Assembly: GCA_964016885.1 (NCBI GenBank)
Contig: OZ024742.1
Coordinates: 14,818,001 to 14,882,000, forward strand
Direction of reading: 5' to 3'
Length of the DNA stretch: 64,000 bases
From: Eledone cirrhosa
Taxonomy: Eukaryota
The notes beneath the pieces were generated by a model. That model made no database searches. It was not told where the DNA came from and saw only the letters and a list, made by a program, of their open reading frames with translations. Every line of letters starts with the position of its first letter. Position 1 is the stretch's first letter. Both the position numbers and the translations under genes were made by a program. Positions 15,001-26,592 of this stretch are shown here, one piece after another.

Positions 15001-18000
15001 GTAAGTTAAGATGTAATAATATATATAGGTATATGTGTGTGTAAGTTAAGATGTAATAATATATATAGGTGTATGTGTGTGTGTAAGTTAAGATGTAATA
15101 GTATATATAGGTGTATGTGTGTGTAAGTTAAGATGTAATAATATATATAGGTGTATGTGTGTGTGTAAGTTAAGATGTAATAGGATATATAGGTGTATGT
15201 GTGTGTGTAAGTTAATATGTAATAGTATATATAGGTGTATGTGTGTGTGTAAGTTAAGATGTAATAGTATATATAGGTGTATGTTTGTGTGTAAGTTAAG
15301 ATGTAATAGTATATATAGGTGTATGTGTGTGTGTAAGTTAAGATGTAACAATATATATAGGTGTATGTATGTGTAAGTTAAGATGTAATAATATATATAG
15401 GTGTATGTGTGTGTGTAAGTTAAGATGTAATAATATATATAGGTGTATGTGTGTGTAAGTTAAGATGTAATAGTGTATATAGGTGTATGTGTGTGTGTAA
15501 GTTAAGATGTAATAATATATATAGGTGTATGTGTGTGTAAGTTAAGATGTAATAATATATATAGGTGTATGTGTGTGTGTAAGTTAAGATATAATAGTAT
15601 ATATAGGTGTATGTCTGTGTGTAATTTAAGATGTAATAGTATATATAGGTGTATGTGTGTGTGTAAGTTAAGATGTAATAACATATATAGGTGTATGTGT
15701 GTGTGTAAGTTAAGATGTAATAGTATATATAGGTGTATGTGTGTGTAATTTCAGATGTAATAATATATATAGGTGTATGTGTGTGTGTAGGTTAAGATGT
15801 AATAATATATATAGGTGTATGTGTGTGTGTAAGTTAAGATGTAATAATATATATAGGTGTATGTGTGTGTAAGTTAAGATGTAATAGTATATATAGGTGT
15901 ATGTGTGTGTGTAAGTTAAGATGTAATAGTATATATAGGTGTATGTGTGTGTGTAAGTTAAGATGTAATAGTATATATAGGTGTATGTGTGTGTGTAAGT
16001 TAAGATGTAACAATATATATAGGTGTATGTGTGTGTGTATGTTAAGATGTAATAATATATATAGGTGTATGTGTGTGTGTAAGTTAAGATGTAATAGTAT
16101 ATATAGGTGTATGTGTGTGTAAGTTAAGATGTAATAGTATATATAGGTGTATGTGTGTGTGTAAGTTAAGATGTAATAATATATATAGGTGTATGTGTGT
16201 GTAAGTTAAGATGTAATAGTATATATAGGTGTATGTGTGTGTGTAAGTTAAGATGTAATAGTATATATAGGTGTATGTGTGTGTAAGTTAAGATGTAATA
16301 ATATATATAGGTGTATGTGTGTGTGTAAGTTAAGATGTAATAATATATATAGGTGTATGTGTGTGTGTAAGTTAAGATGTAATAATATATATAGGTGTAT
16401 GTGTGTGTAAGTTAAGATGTAATAGTATATATAGGTGTATGTGTGTGTGTATGTTAAGATGTAATAATATATATAGGTGTATGTGTGTGTAAGTTAAGAT
16501 GTAATAGTATATATAGGTGTATGTGTGTGTAAGTTAAGATGTAATAGTATATATAGGTGTATGTGTGTGTGTAAGTTAAGATGTAATAATATATATAGGT
16601 GTATGTGTGTGTAAGTTAAGATGTAATAATATATATAGGTGTATGTGTGTGTAAGTTAAGATGTAATAATATATATAGGTGTATGTGTGTGTAAGTTAAG
16701 ATGTAATAATATATATAGGTGTATGTGTGTGTAAGTTAAGATGTAATAATATATATAGGTGTATGTGTGTGTAAGTTAAGATGTAATAATATATATAGGT
16801 GTATGTGTGTGTAAGTTAAGATGTAATAATATATATAGGTGTATGTGTGTGTAAGTTAAGATGTAATAGTATATATAGGTGTATGTGTGTGTGTAAGTTA
16901 AGATGTAATAGTATATATAGGTGTATGTGTGTGTAAGTTAAGATGTAATAATATATATAGGTATATGTGTGTGTAAGTTAAGATGTAATAATATATATAG
17001 GTGTATGTGTGTGTGTAAGTTAAGATGTAATAGTATATATAGGTGTATGTGTGTGTGTATGTTAAGATGTAATAATATATATAGGTGTATGTGTGTGTAA
17101 GTTAAGATGTAATAGTATATATAGGTGTATGTGTGTGTAAGTTAAGATGTAATAGTATATATAGGTGTATGTGTGTGTGTAAGTTAAGATGTAATAATAT
17201 ATATAGGTGTATGTGTGTGTAAGTTAAGATGTAATAATATATATAGGTGTATGTGTGTGTAAGTTAAGATGTAATAATATATATAGGTGTATGTGTGTGT
17301 AAGTTAAGATGTAATAATATATATAGGTGTATGTGTGTGTAAGTTAAGATGTAATAATATATATAGGTGTATGTGTGTGTAAGTTAAGATGTAATAATAT
17401 ATATAGGTGTATGTGTGTGTAAGTTAAGATGTAATAATATATATAGGTGTATGTGTGTGTAAGTTAAGATGTAATAGTATATATAGGTGTATGTGTGTGT
17501 GTAAGTTAAGATGTAATAGTATATATAGGTGTATGTGTGTGTAAGTTAAGATGTAATAATATATATAGGTATATGTGTGTGTAAGTTAAGATGTAATAAT
17601 ATATATAGGTGTATGTGTGTGTGTAAGTTAAGATGTAATAGTATATATAGGTGTATGTGTGTGTAAGTTAAGATGTAATAATATATATAGGTATATGTGT
17701 GTGTAAGTTAAGATGTAATAATATATATAGGTGTATGTGTGTGTGTAAGTTAAGATGTAATAGTATATATAGGTGTATGTGTGTGTGTATGTTAAGATGT
17801 AATAGTATATATAGGTGTATGTGTGTGTGGAAGTTAAGATGTAATAATATATATAGGTGTATGTGTGTGTGTATGTTAAGATGTAATAGTATATATAGGT
17901 GTATGTGTGTGTGTAAGTTAAGATGTAATAATATATATAGGTGTATGTGTGTGTGTATGTTAAGATGTAATAGTATATATAGGTGTATGTGTGTGTTTAA

Positions 18001-18486
18001 GTTAAGATGTAATAATATATATAGGTGTATGTGTGTGTGTATGTTAAGATGTAATAGTATATATAGGTGTATGTGTGTGTAAGTTAAGATGTAATAGTAT
18101 ATATAGGTGTATGTGTGTGTGTAAGTTAAGATGTAATAATATATATAGGTGTATGTGTGTGTGTAAGTTAAGATGTAATAGTATATATAGGTGTATGTGT
18201 GTGTAAGTTAAGATGTAATAATATATATAGGTGTATGTGTGTGTGTATGTTAAGATGTAATAGTATATATAGGTGTATGTGTGTGTGTAAGTTAAGATGT
18301 AATAGTATATATAGGTGTATGTGTGTGTGTATGTTAAGATGTAATAGTATATATAGGTGTATGTGTGTGTAAGTTAAGATGTAATAGTATATATAGGTGT
18401 ATGTGTGTGTGTATGTTAAGATGTAATAGTATATATAGGTGTATGTGTGTGTGTAAGTTAAGATGTAATAGTATATATAGGTGTAT
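1..18486. repeat. Large minisatellite array, 40/42-bp unit AAGTTAAGATGTAAT(A/AG)..TATATATAGGTGTAT(GT)n, about 450 copies, runs off the left edge
   Basis: Direct reading. Pure 40-bp period at 14041-14330; 42-bp units translate as KLRCNSIYRCMCVC. The array ends at ~18486. Confidence 0.98.
3807..4006. other. Assembly gap (200 N) inside the satellite
   Basis: Run of exactly 200 N. Confidence 1.
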
Positions 18487-18906
18487 ATATTTATGTTGGA
18501 AATACCTTTGCAATGTTGTCTGTATGGTGCTGCTGAAATACTGGTTTGACATCAATGTAGTCTCTCACCCTCTCCCTCTCGCCTCATAGTCCTTTCCTTT
18601 CCTCTACAGCCACATCTACCCTTCCTTATCCTTTCACACTTTCCCTCTCCCTTTTTTTCATTTCTTAATTTTGTTTTTATCTTTTTTTAATATTTCCCTC
18701 ATTGTATAATTTTTGTTTAATAAATTTAACAAAATGTTGGCGAGTGTGTGTCTGTGTCTGTGTATATGCGTAGGTGTGTGTGTGTGTGTGTGTTTTTATA
18801 TTGATGTGTATGTGAGTGTGAGTTTATGTGCATAATATGTAGGTGTGTATGCGTGAGTTAATGTGTTTACATACATAGGTGCATACATACATACAGACAT
18901 ACGTAC

Positions 18907-18962
<56 letters not shown>

Positions 18963-19080
18963 ATACTTGGGGAGGGTCATATTTGCGTAATATTGCCAGA
19001 ATTGATAACAGAACACACTCACTGTTTGGTTGGTTTTCGCTTCTCGCTGTCTTTTATATCTGCGATCTAACTTACATATT

Positions 19081-20058
19081 AGTCCAGCCAGCGACTTGAA
19101 AACTCTGGTACAAACACTACACATGTGACAATTATTAACACATAGTGCTGGGCCCATGGTACCATGTGACGACAAGTGCAGAGAGATCTCCAGATATAAA
19201 GCAGTGTCGTGAAGCTTTTATAGTGAGCAAAGGCACTGCACAAAGCCAGTCCCACTCTCTTAACCAAGATGATATTTACCAAAAAGAAGAACAAGTCAAC
19301 ATCATTGGATACCATCAGGATTGCAGGTGTTATATCAGAGTTTTCCTTCTCCTAGAATTCTGCCTTGACAAAGGCTAAGGGGTCATCTCTCCCAGTGACT
19401 TTGGATGGCCATTGACTCTTAAGAGCTCTTTTTCCCTTTAATATTTTAAAAATTCACAAATATGGACAAAAATTGATTAGTTTAAGTTTTGTTTTTAGTC
19501 CTGCAGGATGTCCAAAGTCACCCTCCTCACCAAGAAACCTTGGTGGGGTTTCCAGTTTAGTCGCCAACAACCCGACCATGGGGCAGGTTGTACTGGGATA
19601 CATGTTACCAGTAGCAGCAACTGGTGACCTGACATAATACATACATACATACATACATACATACATACATACATACATACATACATACATACATACATAC
19701 ATACATACATACATACATACATACATACATGGTGGCTGCCAACTCGTTTTCGAGTACGGCCATTACTTTATATACATGTAGGAGAACCCCTACTGATGCG
19801 CTGAACGAGTGTGACTTTTTAGTCCAGCCAGCGAATTGAAAACTCTGGTACAAACACTACACTTGTGACAATTATTGACACATAATGCTGGGCCCATGTT
19901 ACCTGCAGGATGTCCAAAGTCACCCTCCTCACCAAGAAACCTTGGTGGGGTTTCCAGTTTAGTCGCCAACAACCCGACCATGGGGCAGGTTGTACTGGGA
20001 TACATGTTACCAGTAGCAGCAACTGGTGACCTGACATAATACATACATACATACATAC
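19081..20058. repeat. Local two-module duplication with (CATA)n tracts
   Basis: Module A 19081-19159 recurs at 19821-19899. Module B 19500-19640 recurs at 19902-20042. Each B copy is followed by (CATA)n. Confidence 0.85.
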
Positions 20059-21522
20059 AACCAGTCAACGCGATCAGTCGCATATTTTGGCGTGGGAGAC
20101 TATTTATTAAATTTAAGATGAATACTATCTCCGACAGTAATGCCACAACTACAGTCATGTTGAATAACTGGTTATTCTTCTAACTTTCCCTTCTGAAGAC
20201 ACCTTTTATTCGAATTCGTAGAGATATTCGACTAAATACATAATTCATTTTACAAGGATTTGCTACAAACAGCATGGCTGAACACAGCATCAGTGGAGTA
20301 CCGAAGAAAAACGAGAAAGGTAAACAAACTTTATTCAGTTGTAGCTACAGAAGAAACCGAAATTATAAATCGTATTTCTCTTGGAGTTGCGAACTTAATG
20401 ATGATTTATTTAATTGTTATAAAATGGCAAAAAACAATCCCTCCATTGGCTATATGAACAGAATGAAGCTACACTGGGACGAAATACACCCAGAGCTAAA
20501 TTATTTCACAGCGAAACAATTACGCCAACAAGCGACGTTTGTTGAACGAAAAAATAAGATAAATATTATTAATTGTAAGTCCCCCACAACAAACATGGAA
20601 TCAACAACACGTGCTACAGATCGCCATGCTACTAGACTTCCTAGCACCCAGGTCGAACACTACCTTGAAACAACTATGCCTATAAGAAACTTGACACCAC
20701 CTGTACCATCTAAGTCTACCTCGAATGCTGGGAAAACACTATCGATAATAATAATAATCGAAGAAATTTGACACCACGTGTACCATCCGTGTATACCTCA
20801 ACTGTTGTGGAAAATACTACCGATAATGATAATAATTGTTTCTACTTTTTGGCACAAGGCCAGCAATTATCCAGTGCATTGCTGGTACTTTATTTTATCG
20901 ACTCCGTAAGGACGAAAGGCAGAGTTAACCTCGGCGATAATGGTTTCTTATATATCGATATTGATAATAATCAAAAGTATAAACAATTGAAAATTTCCCT
21001 CAACGAAATCTTCCAGAGAGAAATGAACTCTTGCTGAACGTGTTAAAACAACAATATTTAATAAAAAAACAAATAATGAAATATTACGTGTTATTGACGA
21101 AATAAGGGATGAATATTTACGACGGATAAAAACCCCAACATTTTGGCAAATCAACGCCTGTTTATATGCCTTAGCAACGACAGTGAAACATTATCTTGGT
21201 GATAGCAGAGATATTAGCAAGAACAGAACACCACCAAAACTACCATCATCTCCTTATAATATATAACCAGCAATTTCTCTGTCTGTCTGTCCGACAGTGG
21301 AAACACGTACGCGCGTGGTTGCTATCTCTCTCTCCAGCTATCCCTCTCTTTTAGTCTGTCTGTTTCTCTCACTCTCACTCTTTCTCTTTGTAACACACTA
21401 ACATTCCTCCCCTCTATCGCTGTGACGAATGGGGAGATGGAGGAGGAGGAGAGAGTCACTTCGTCACTTCACCTCTGCCTTTCTTTCTCTCCCCTCTCAC
21501 TCCCTCATTACGTACAGACATT

Positions 21523-21695
21523 AGGGCGGTGGATTGGCAGAATCTGTAGAGAGTCGGACACCATGCTTCATAGCATGGAGTTACGTCCCTTTACGGTCTG
21601 AGTTCAAATACCGCCGAGGTTAACTTTGCCTTTCATCCTCACGGGGTCGATAAAATAAAGTACCAGTAATGTACTGGGTAATTGCTGGCCTTGTC
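21523..21695 (+). mobile_element. tRNA-derived SINE, family A
   Basis: A-box-like TGGCAGAATC, B-box GAGTTCAAAT, and conserved body CCTTTCATCCT..GGGGTCGATAAAATAAAGTACCAG shared with about a dozen copies in the window. Confidence 0.85.
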
Positions 21696-23027
21696 TATAT
21701 ATCTAAAACAGAGAATGTCTGTCTGACTCCCTAAAACCCGAGAACCACCCAACCGATTGTTTTCAAACTTTACACATATAATACTTATGGTCCTGTCCTG
21801 TGAGTGTTTTCAAATTGTCAATGCCCTAAGAACCGCATTAGGCGATTTAGCGATCTCTCTCTCTATAACTCTTAGTCTTTCTCTTTTTAGATAGATACAT
21901 AGATATAACTATTTCTACTTTAGGCACAAGGCCAGCAATTACCCAGTGCATTACTGGTACTTTATTTTATCGACCCCGTAAGGATGAAAGGCAAAGTCAA
22001 CCTCGGCTACATAGATATAACGTTGCGCCCTTATAATATCTGTCTGGCTGTCTGCATTACGACATTATGACGTTATGACGTAGCTGTGTGTGTGTGTATA
22101 TATCCTAAACGAACGGTAGTCCGTTTAGTAATATTGTTGTGGTCGTGTTTTCGTTGGCAACCGTCTGTTTACGACAGTACAGCGCGGCTCTACTTTATTT
22201 AACTGAGATAAAACTTATATGAGCATGAACAGTAGATCATTACGCATCTTTTGGCTTAAAAATCTAGAAATTTGGTCCAGCGGGAAAAAGTTTATAATCA
22301 AAGTTTGCTGATAAATCTTGTGTTCAAGTGAATGAGTAGTAAGCGTGACGCTAGGGGAGGTAATCCAGAAATGAATTTTTTTTTCGGCGGAACTCTTGTG
22401 ATTGTGATTACGTTAGTCAAATGTAGTCAAATCGCCGAATCCTCTCCTCCTAATTGACTACGCCATTTCTGCGTCAGTGTGAAACATTACTTCACTTTTC
22501 ACTGCTAAAATGCTTTTTAAATACTTCGTTAAAAATTTATGTTTATTATCAAAGCTATTTTTTGTACCAGTCTATCAATAGTTTGCGAAAATATAGGTAA
22601 ACATGTGAGTTAAATTTTTTTTAAACGCATCGATCGCTTCGTCGCACCGACTGTGACACTGTCTGACTGTCTGTCTGACTGACACCTTTGTCGGACCGAC
22701 ACCTTTGTTCAAGCGGACAACTTTGTGTCACTGACACCTTTGTTCGTGCCGGCATCTCTGCGAAACACCGATGACAACAACCAGACCAAAATTTCACTTC
22801 ATTCTTCATTCTTCTTCAAGACCGATCGTATCGGTTGCTCTTCATATACCAGGTATTCAACAGATAGTTTGCACTTCTAGTATTATTAACAGTTGTGCGA
22901 TTTTTTGTACCGATAGGTGCGAATAGTGCGCTATATTTTTGTACCGATAGGTGCGAATAGTGCGATAGGTGCGAATAGTGTACAATATTTTCTGAGATTT
23001 GCATCCACTAATTTCGCTTAATTAAAA

Positions 23028-23830
23028 ATGATGTTTCGCGGCTTTTTGATCGGCTTATTCATTTTTTCCATGGCACGGAAATGGAGTATTTCCATTTCGA
23101 ATCAAAACTTTTCACTAAAATCGGGCAATTGGACTGATCAAATTCACATTCATGCCAGTTTTTACAAATCCATAATTAGAAATGTGGCGAAATCGAATGA
23201 CCAGAAAGAAGGTATAAAAATATTAATAATTCAAATGTATTTACTTATCATACCAACAAAAATACTTAGATATTTTGTATACCTGGGGCCCGTCAGGGCC
23301 AGGTAATGTTAATCGCCAACATTGTTATCTGTTGTCCTTTTGTGAAAGTATTGGTGGTTCATGTCGGCTCTAATGATCTGAATCCTCGTCGCACCGTTGG
23401 CACTACAAAGCTGTGCAAAGTAATACAATAATTTTTGCCCAAGTATTTTTTATTAATCATTTATTTGTAAATTAAGGACAAAGTGCCCATTCGAGGCACA
23501 AAACTGGAAAAACAGGGGAAGAGTCTCTTTGCAAGGCTACAGAAAATAGCGGAAAAGCACCACTGTACACCCATTTTCTACAGTGGTGTCATTCCACGCC
23601 CACAAAGTGTAATTGAAAATAAAAATGACTTGGGCAAGAGAAATTCTCGTTTGGAAAAGTTTAATTACTGCATGAAAGAAATGATTCAAAAATTGAACTT
23701 GCCCAATCTTCACAACATTGAAAATTGGTCAAAATTTGACAAATCTTACTTCAAACCAGATATGATTCATTTGAACAATGTTGGAAATCTTAAATTGACA
23801 CAAATTTTTGCCAATGTTTTTGCCACCTGA
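23028..23830 (+). CDS. SGNH/GDSL-hydrolase-like gene (Helitron cargo, spliced; 5' exon structure uncertain, possibly pseudogene)
   Basis: Block-I-like KSIIRNV (not GDS). IFCIPGAR...VLVVHVGSNDL (23270-23419). 57-nt GT-AG intron 23420-23476 containing an in-frame stop. Then FYSGVIPR...PDMIHLNNVG to TGA 23830. AATAAA at ~23850. Confidence 0.72.
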
Positions 23831-24050
23831 CTGACTAATTTTGTGACTTAATAAAATGTCATCATACTAGTAATGCACAATGGTCATTTTTAAATTTAAA
23901 TTTTATTAAATAGTTGTTGCTTCCATTGCCTTAAAATAGTAACAAGAATGTGCACATACTTTTTTAAAATACATCATTATCAGTCAAATCAGTCAAATGT
24001 CACTAAAAGCCAGGTGATCGATAACAACTTCTATAAGATTAGTTACATGC

Positions 24051-24350
24051 TCACATTGGATCACCTCTCATCAATGGCATTGGGTGTCTGAGATAATCGT
24101 GGAGATAACTGATGAAGTCACAAATGAAGTGATGGTCTTCCAGTTTGAACAACTCCCTATATCCATTGATATATGTGATGGCTTCCGATTCGTAGGTGCG
24201 TTTTATGAGGAATTCCATGCATCCGATTTTCAGTGATTCAATGGGCATTTTATCAGAGATGATAAGGTATTTGACCACGTTTTGCTTTGTAAGTAAATTG
24301 GAGAGAATCACTGCAGTCAAAGTCATTTCTTTGCATGGGCTTTTGTCCAT
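24051..24350 (-). CDS. 99-aa ORF with BACK/BTB-C-terminal-like helical pattern (Helitron cargo)
   Basis: LSNLLTKQNVVKYLIISDKMPIESLKIGCMEFL resembles the L..EN...L..AD....LK..C..FI pattern that follows BTB domains. Preceded by a 43-nt GTAAGT...TTTTTAG intron (24352-24394); minus-strand AATAAA at ~23902-23907. Confidence 0.45.
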   Translation of the reverse strand: MDKSPCKEMTLTAVILSNLLTKQNVVKYLIISDKMPIESLKIGCMEFLIKRTYESEAITYINGYRELFKLEDHHFICDFISYLHDYLRHPMPLMRGDPM

Positions 24351-24624
24351 TCTAAAAAGTTAAAATGATAAAGTATTACTACTATATAACTTACATCTAT
24401 TGTTGTAACACCATTGAAATGCACAAGTTTCACCAATTCACTATTATGCACTAATCATCTCAAATGCATTCATGATTTACTAGCTTTGTCATTAAGCCAG
24501 TTGCCTCAACTAGATTGCAATTATACTCAAAAGAACTTTAAAATGTCAATCACTTGTCAGTAATTCACTATGATCATTTAATTATTAGATAGTTGTTGCT
24601 TACATTGCCTTAAAAAATAGTAGA

Positions 24625-26114
24625 CCAGATAGAAAAATGCGTACAGCAAAAAAAGTAATATTGTTGGAATATAAACCTTTAAAAATACAGGACAAGAAAC
24701 TAAAATAAAACTTTAAAAGAATAGGACAAGAAACTAAGATAAAACTTTGAAAGAATAGGACAAGAAACTAAGATAAAACTTTAAAGAATTGGACAAGAAA
24801 TAAAAAGTTTTACAATAATATTAGTGGCAAAATTTTTTTATTCGTTTCCTGTGCTATGCCCCAGTATCTTCTTGATTAGTGCATAATAATTGTCATGCTC
24901 TCATTGTGCGTTGCCCCTGAGCGGTTAGTTCTGGTTGGGGTTGGTTGGCTGAGCAGTTCTGCTCCGTCAGAATGACCATTGCAAGAAGAATTGGCCGATG
25001 CAGCTCTCCTCCAAGAATGCACTTCTGGTCCCGCAACACCAGACGAAGATGAAGAAGACGACCGGGACAAGATGTCGACTCTGACCACCGACTACGGCAC
25101 CTCCCTCAACCACCGGTCCTCCCTCCCTCTGTCCCGTCATCCCTCCAGTCCTCCTGCTCTCCCTTCCTGTACCAGAAAGCTGTGGCACGCATTCATCTGG
25201 ACTGCCGGACTTGAACTCAAGGACAAGATGCAAGGAGAAGATGGACGGGTTGGTCAAGATCAAGGATGAGCGGGACGACACGACCGTCCGCTGCTGCTCA
25301 AGATCTGTGCTCATGGGCCCATGGGTCCATTCACATTATGCATGACACATGAGGCGTGTCGCCGAATGATGAAATAGGGGTATGGTTATGGCCCAATTGG
25401 TGTTCAAACCAGGATCAAATGATCCCCCGGTCTGACGACGACCTCTGAATGACCCAGAGCCTATGAATGTGGAACTCGATTTTTTACCAATAAAAATTTT
25501 GCCACTAATATTATTGTAAAACTTTTTATTTCTTGTCCAATTCTTTAAAGTTTTATCTTAGTTTCTTGTCCTATTCTTTTAAAGTTTTATCTTAGTTTCT
25601 TGTCCTATTCTTTTAAAGTTTTATCTTAGTTTCTTGTCCTATTCTTTTAAAGTTTTATCTTAGTTTCTTGTCCTATTCTTTTAAAGTTTTATCTTAGTTT
25701 CTTGTCCTATTCTTTTAAAGTTTTATCTTAGTTTCTTGTCCTATTCTTTTAAAGTTTTATCTTAGTTTATTGTCCTATTCTTTTAAAGTTTTATCTTAGT
25801 TTCTTGTCCTATTCTTTTAAAGTTTTATCTTAGTTTCTTGTCCTATTCTTTTAAAGTTTTATCTTAGTTTCTTGTCCTATTCTTTTAAAGTTTTATCTTA
25901 GTTTCTTGTCCTATTCTTTTAAAGTTTTATCTTAGTTTCTTGTCCTATTCTTTTAAAGTTTTATCTTAGTTTCTTGTCCAATTCTTTTAAAGTTTTATCT
26001 TAGTTTATTGTCCTATTCTTTTAAAGTTTTATTTTAGTTTCTTGTCCTGTATTTTTAAAGGATTATATTCCAACAATATTACTTTTTTTTGCTGTACGCA
26101 TTTTTCTATCTGGT
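24625..26114. mobile_element. Foldback-like element: long inverted arms containing 34-bp tandem repeats around a GC-rich core
   Basis: ACCAGATAGAAAAATGCGTACAGC at ~24625 pairs with GCTGTACGCATTTTTCTATCTGGT ending ~26114. Arms ~24625-24838 and ~25491-26114. Confidence 0.8.
25530..26060. repeat. 34-bp tandem repeat, about 15 copies
   Basis: Unit AAAGTTTTATCTTAGTTTCTTGTCCTATTCTTTT, period 34 (25581 to 25615). Confidence 0.95.
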
Positions 26115-26141
26115 ATATATATACACACACACTATATACAC

Positions 26142-26211
<70 letters not shown>

Positions 26212-26309
26212 CGTAACGTTTTTCAAAATATTTATTTCTGCGTTCACAGATTGATTTTTTTTAGTTTCAGAAGATTCCGTTAAGGGTGAAAGCAGCGATT
26301 CTTTGCTTA

Positions 26310-26592
26310 AACTTTAATCTGGTCACGGAGCGTCGGTGCCTACTGGCTGGCCATATTCTGCGTCTGCCAAATGAACGGCATTCGAAAACACCGAGAACTG
26401 GACTCCGCCTGGAGGTAAACGGAGGCGGGGTTGCCCAAGGATCACCTGGCGACGAACGTTCCGGAAGGACCTGATGGCAGCCAACATCACCTGGCACGGT
26501 CTCGAAAAAGTTGCCGCTGATCGTGACCGTTGGCGAGCACTTACTGCTCGATACGCCGAACGGCACGGAAGAATCTAAGACTAAGACTAAGA
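26310..26592 (+). mobile_element. 3' fragment of a LINE (RTE-like) with (CTAAGA)3 tail
   Basis: ERRCLLAGHILRLPNER resembles the RRLRWxGHVxR C-terminal motif; short tandem tail follows. Confidence 0.55.

Noticed and set aside
1-18486. CRISPR-like or telomeric array
   Set aside because: No unique spacers and no TTAGGG repeat; a plain head-to-tail minisatellite in eukaryotic DNA.
1825-18589. Cys-rich ORFs (KLRCNSIYRCMCVC)n and the reverse His/Leu ORFs
   Set aside because: Translations of runs of 42-bp units, broken wherever a 40-bp unit occurs; no gene structure.
24876-25314. Overlapping ORFs in the foldback core as a defined gene
   Set aside because: Short ORFs on both strands with no recognisable motif; frame cannot be assigned.
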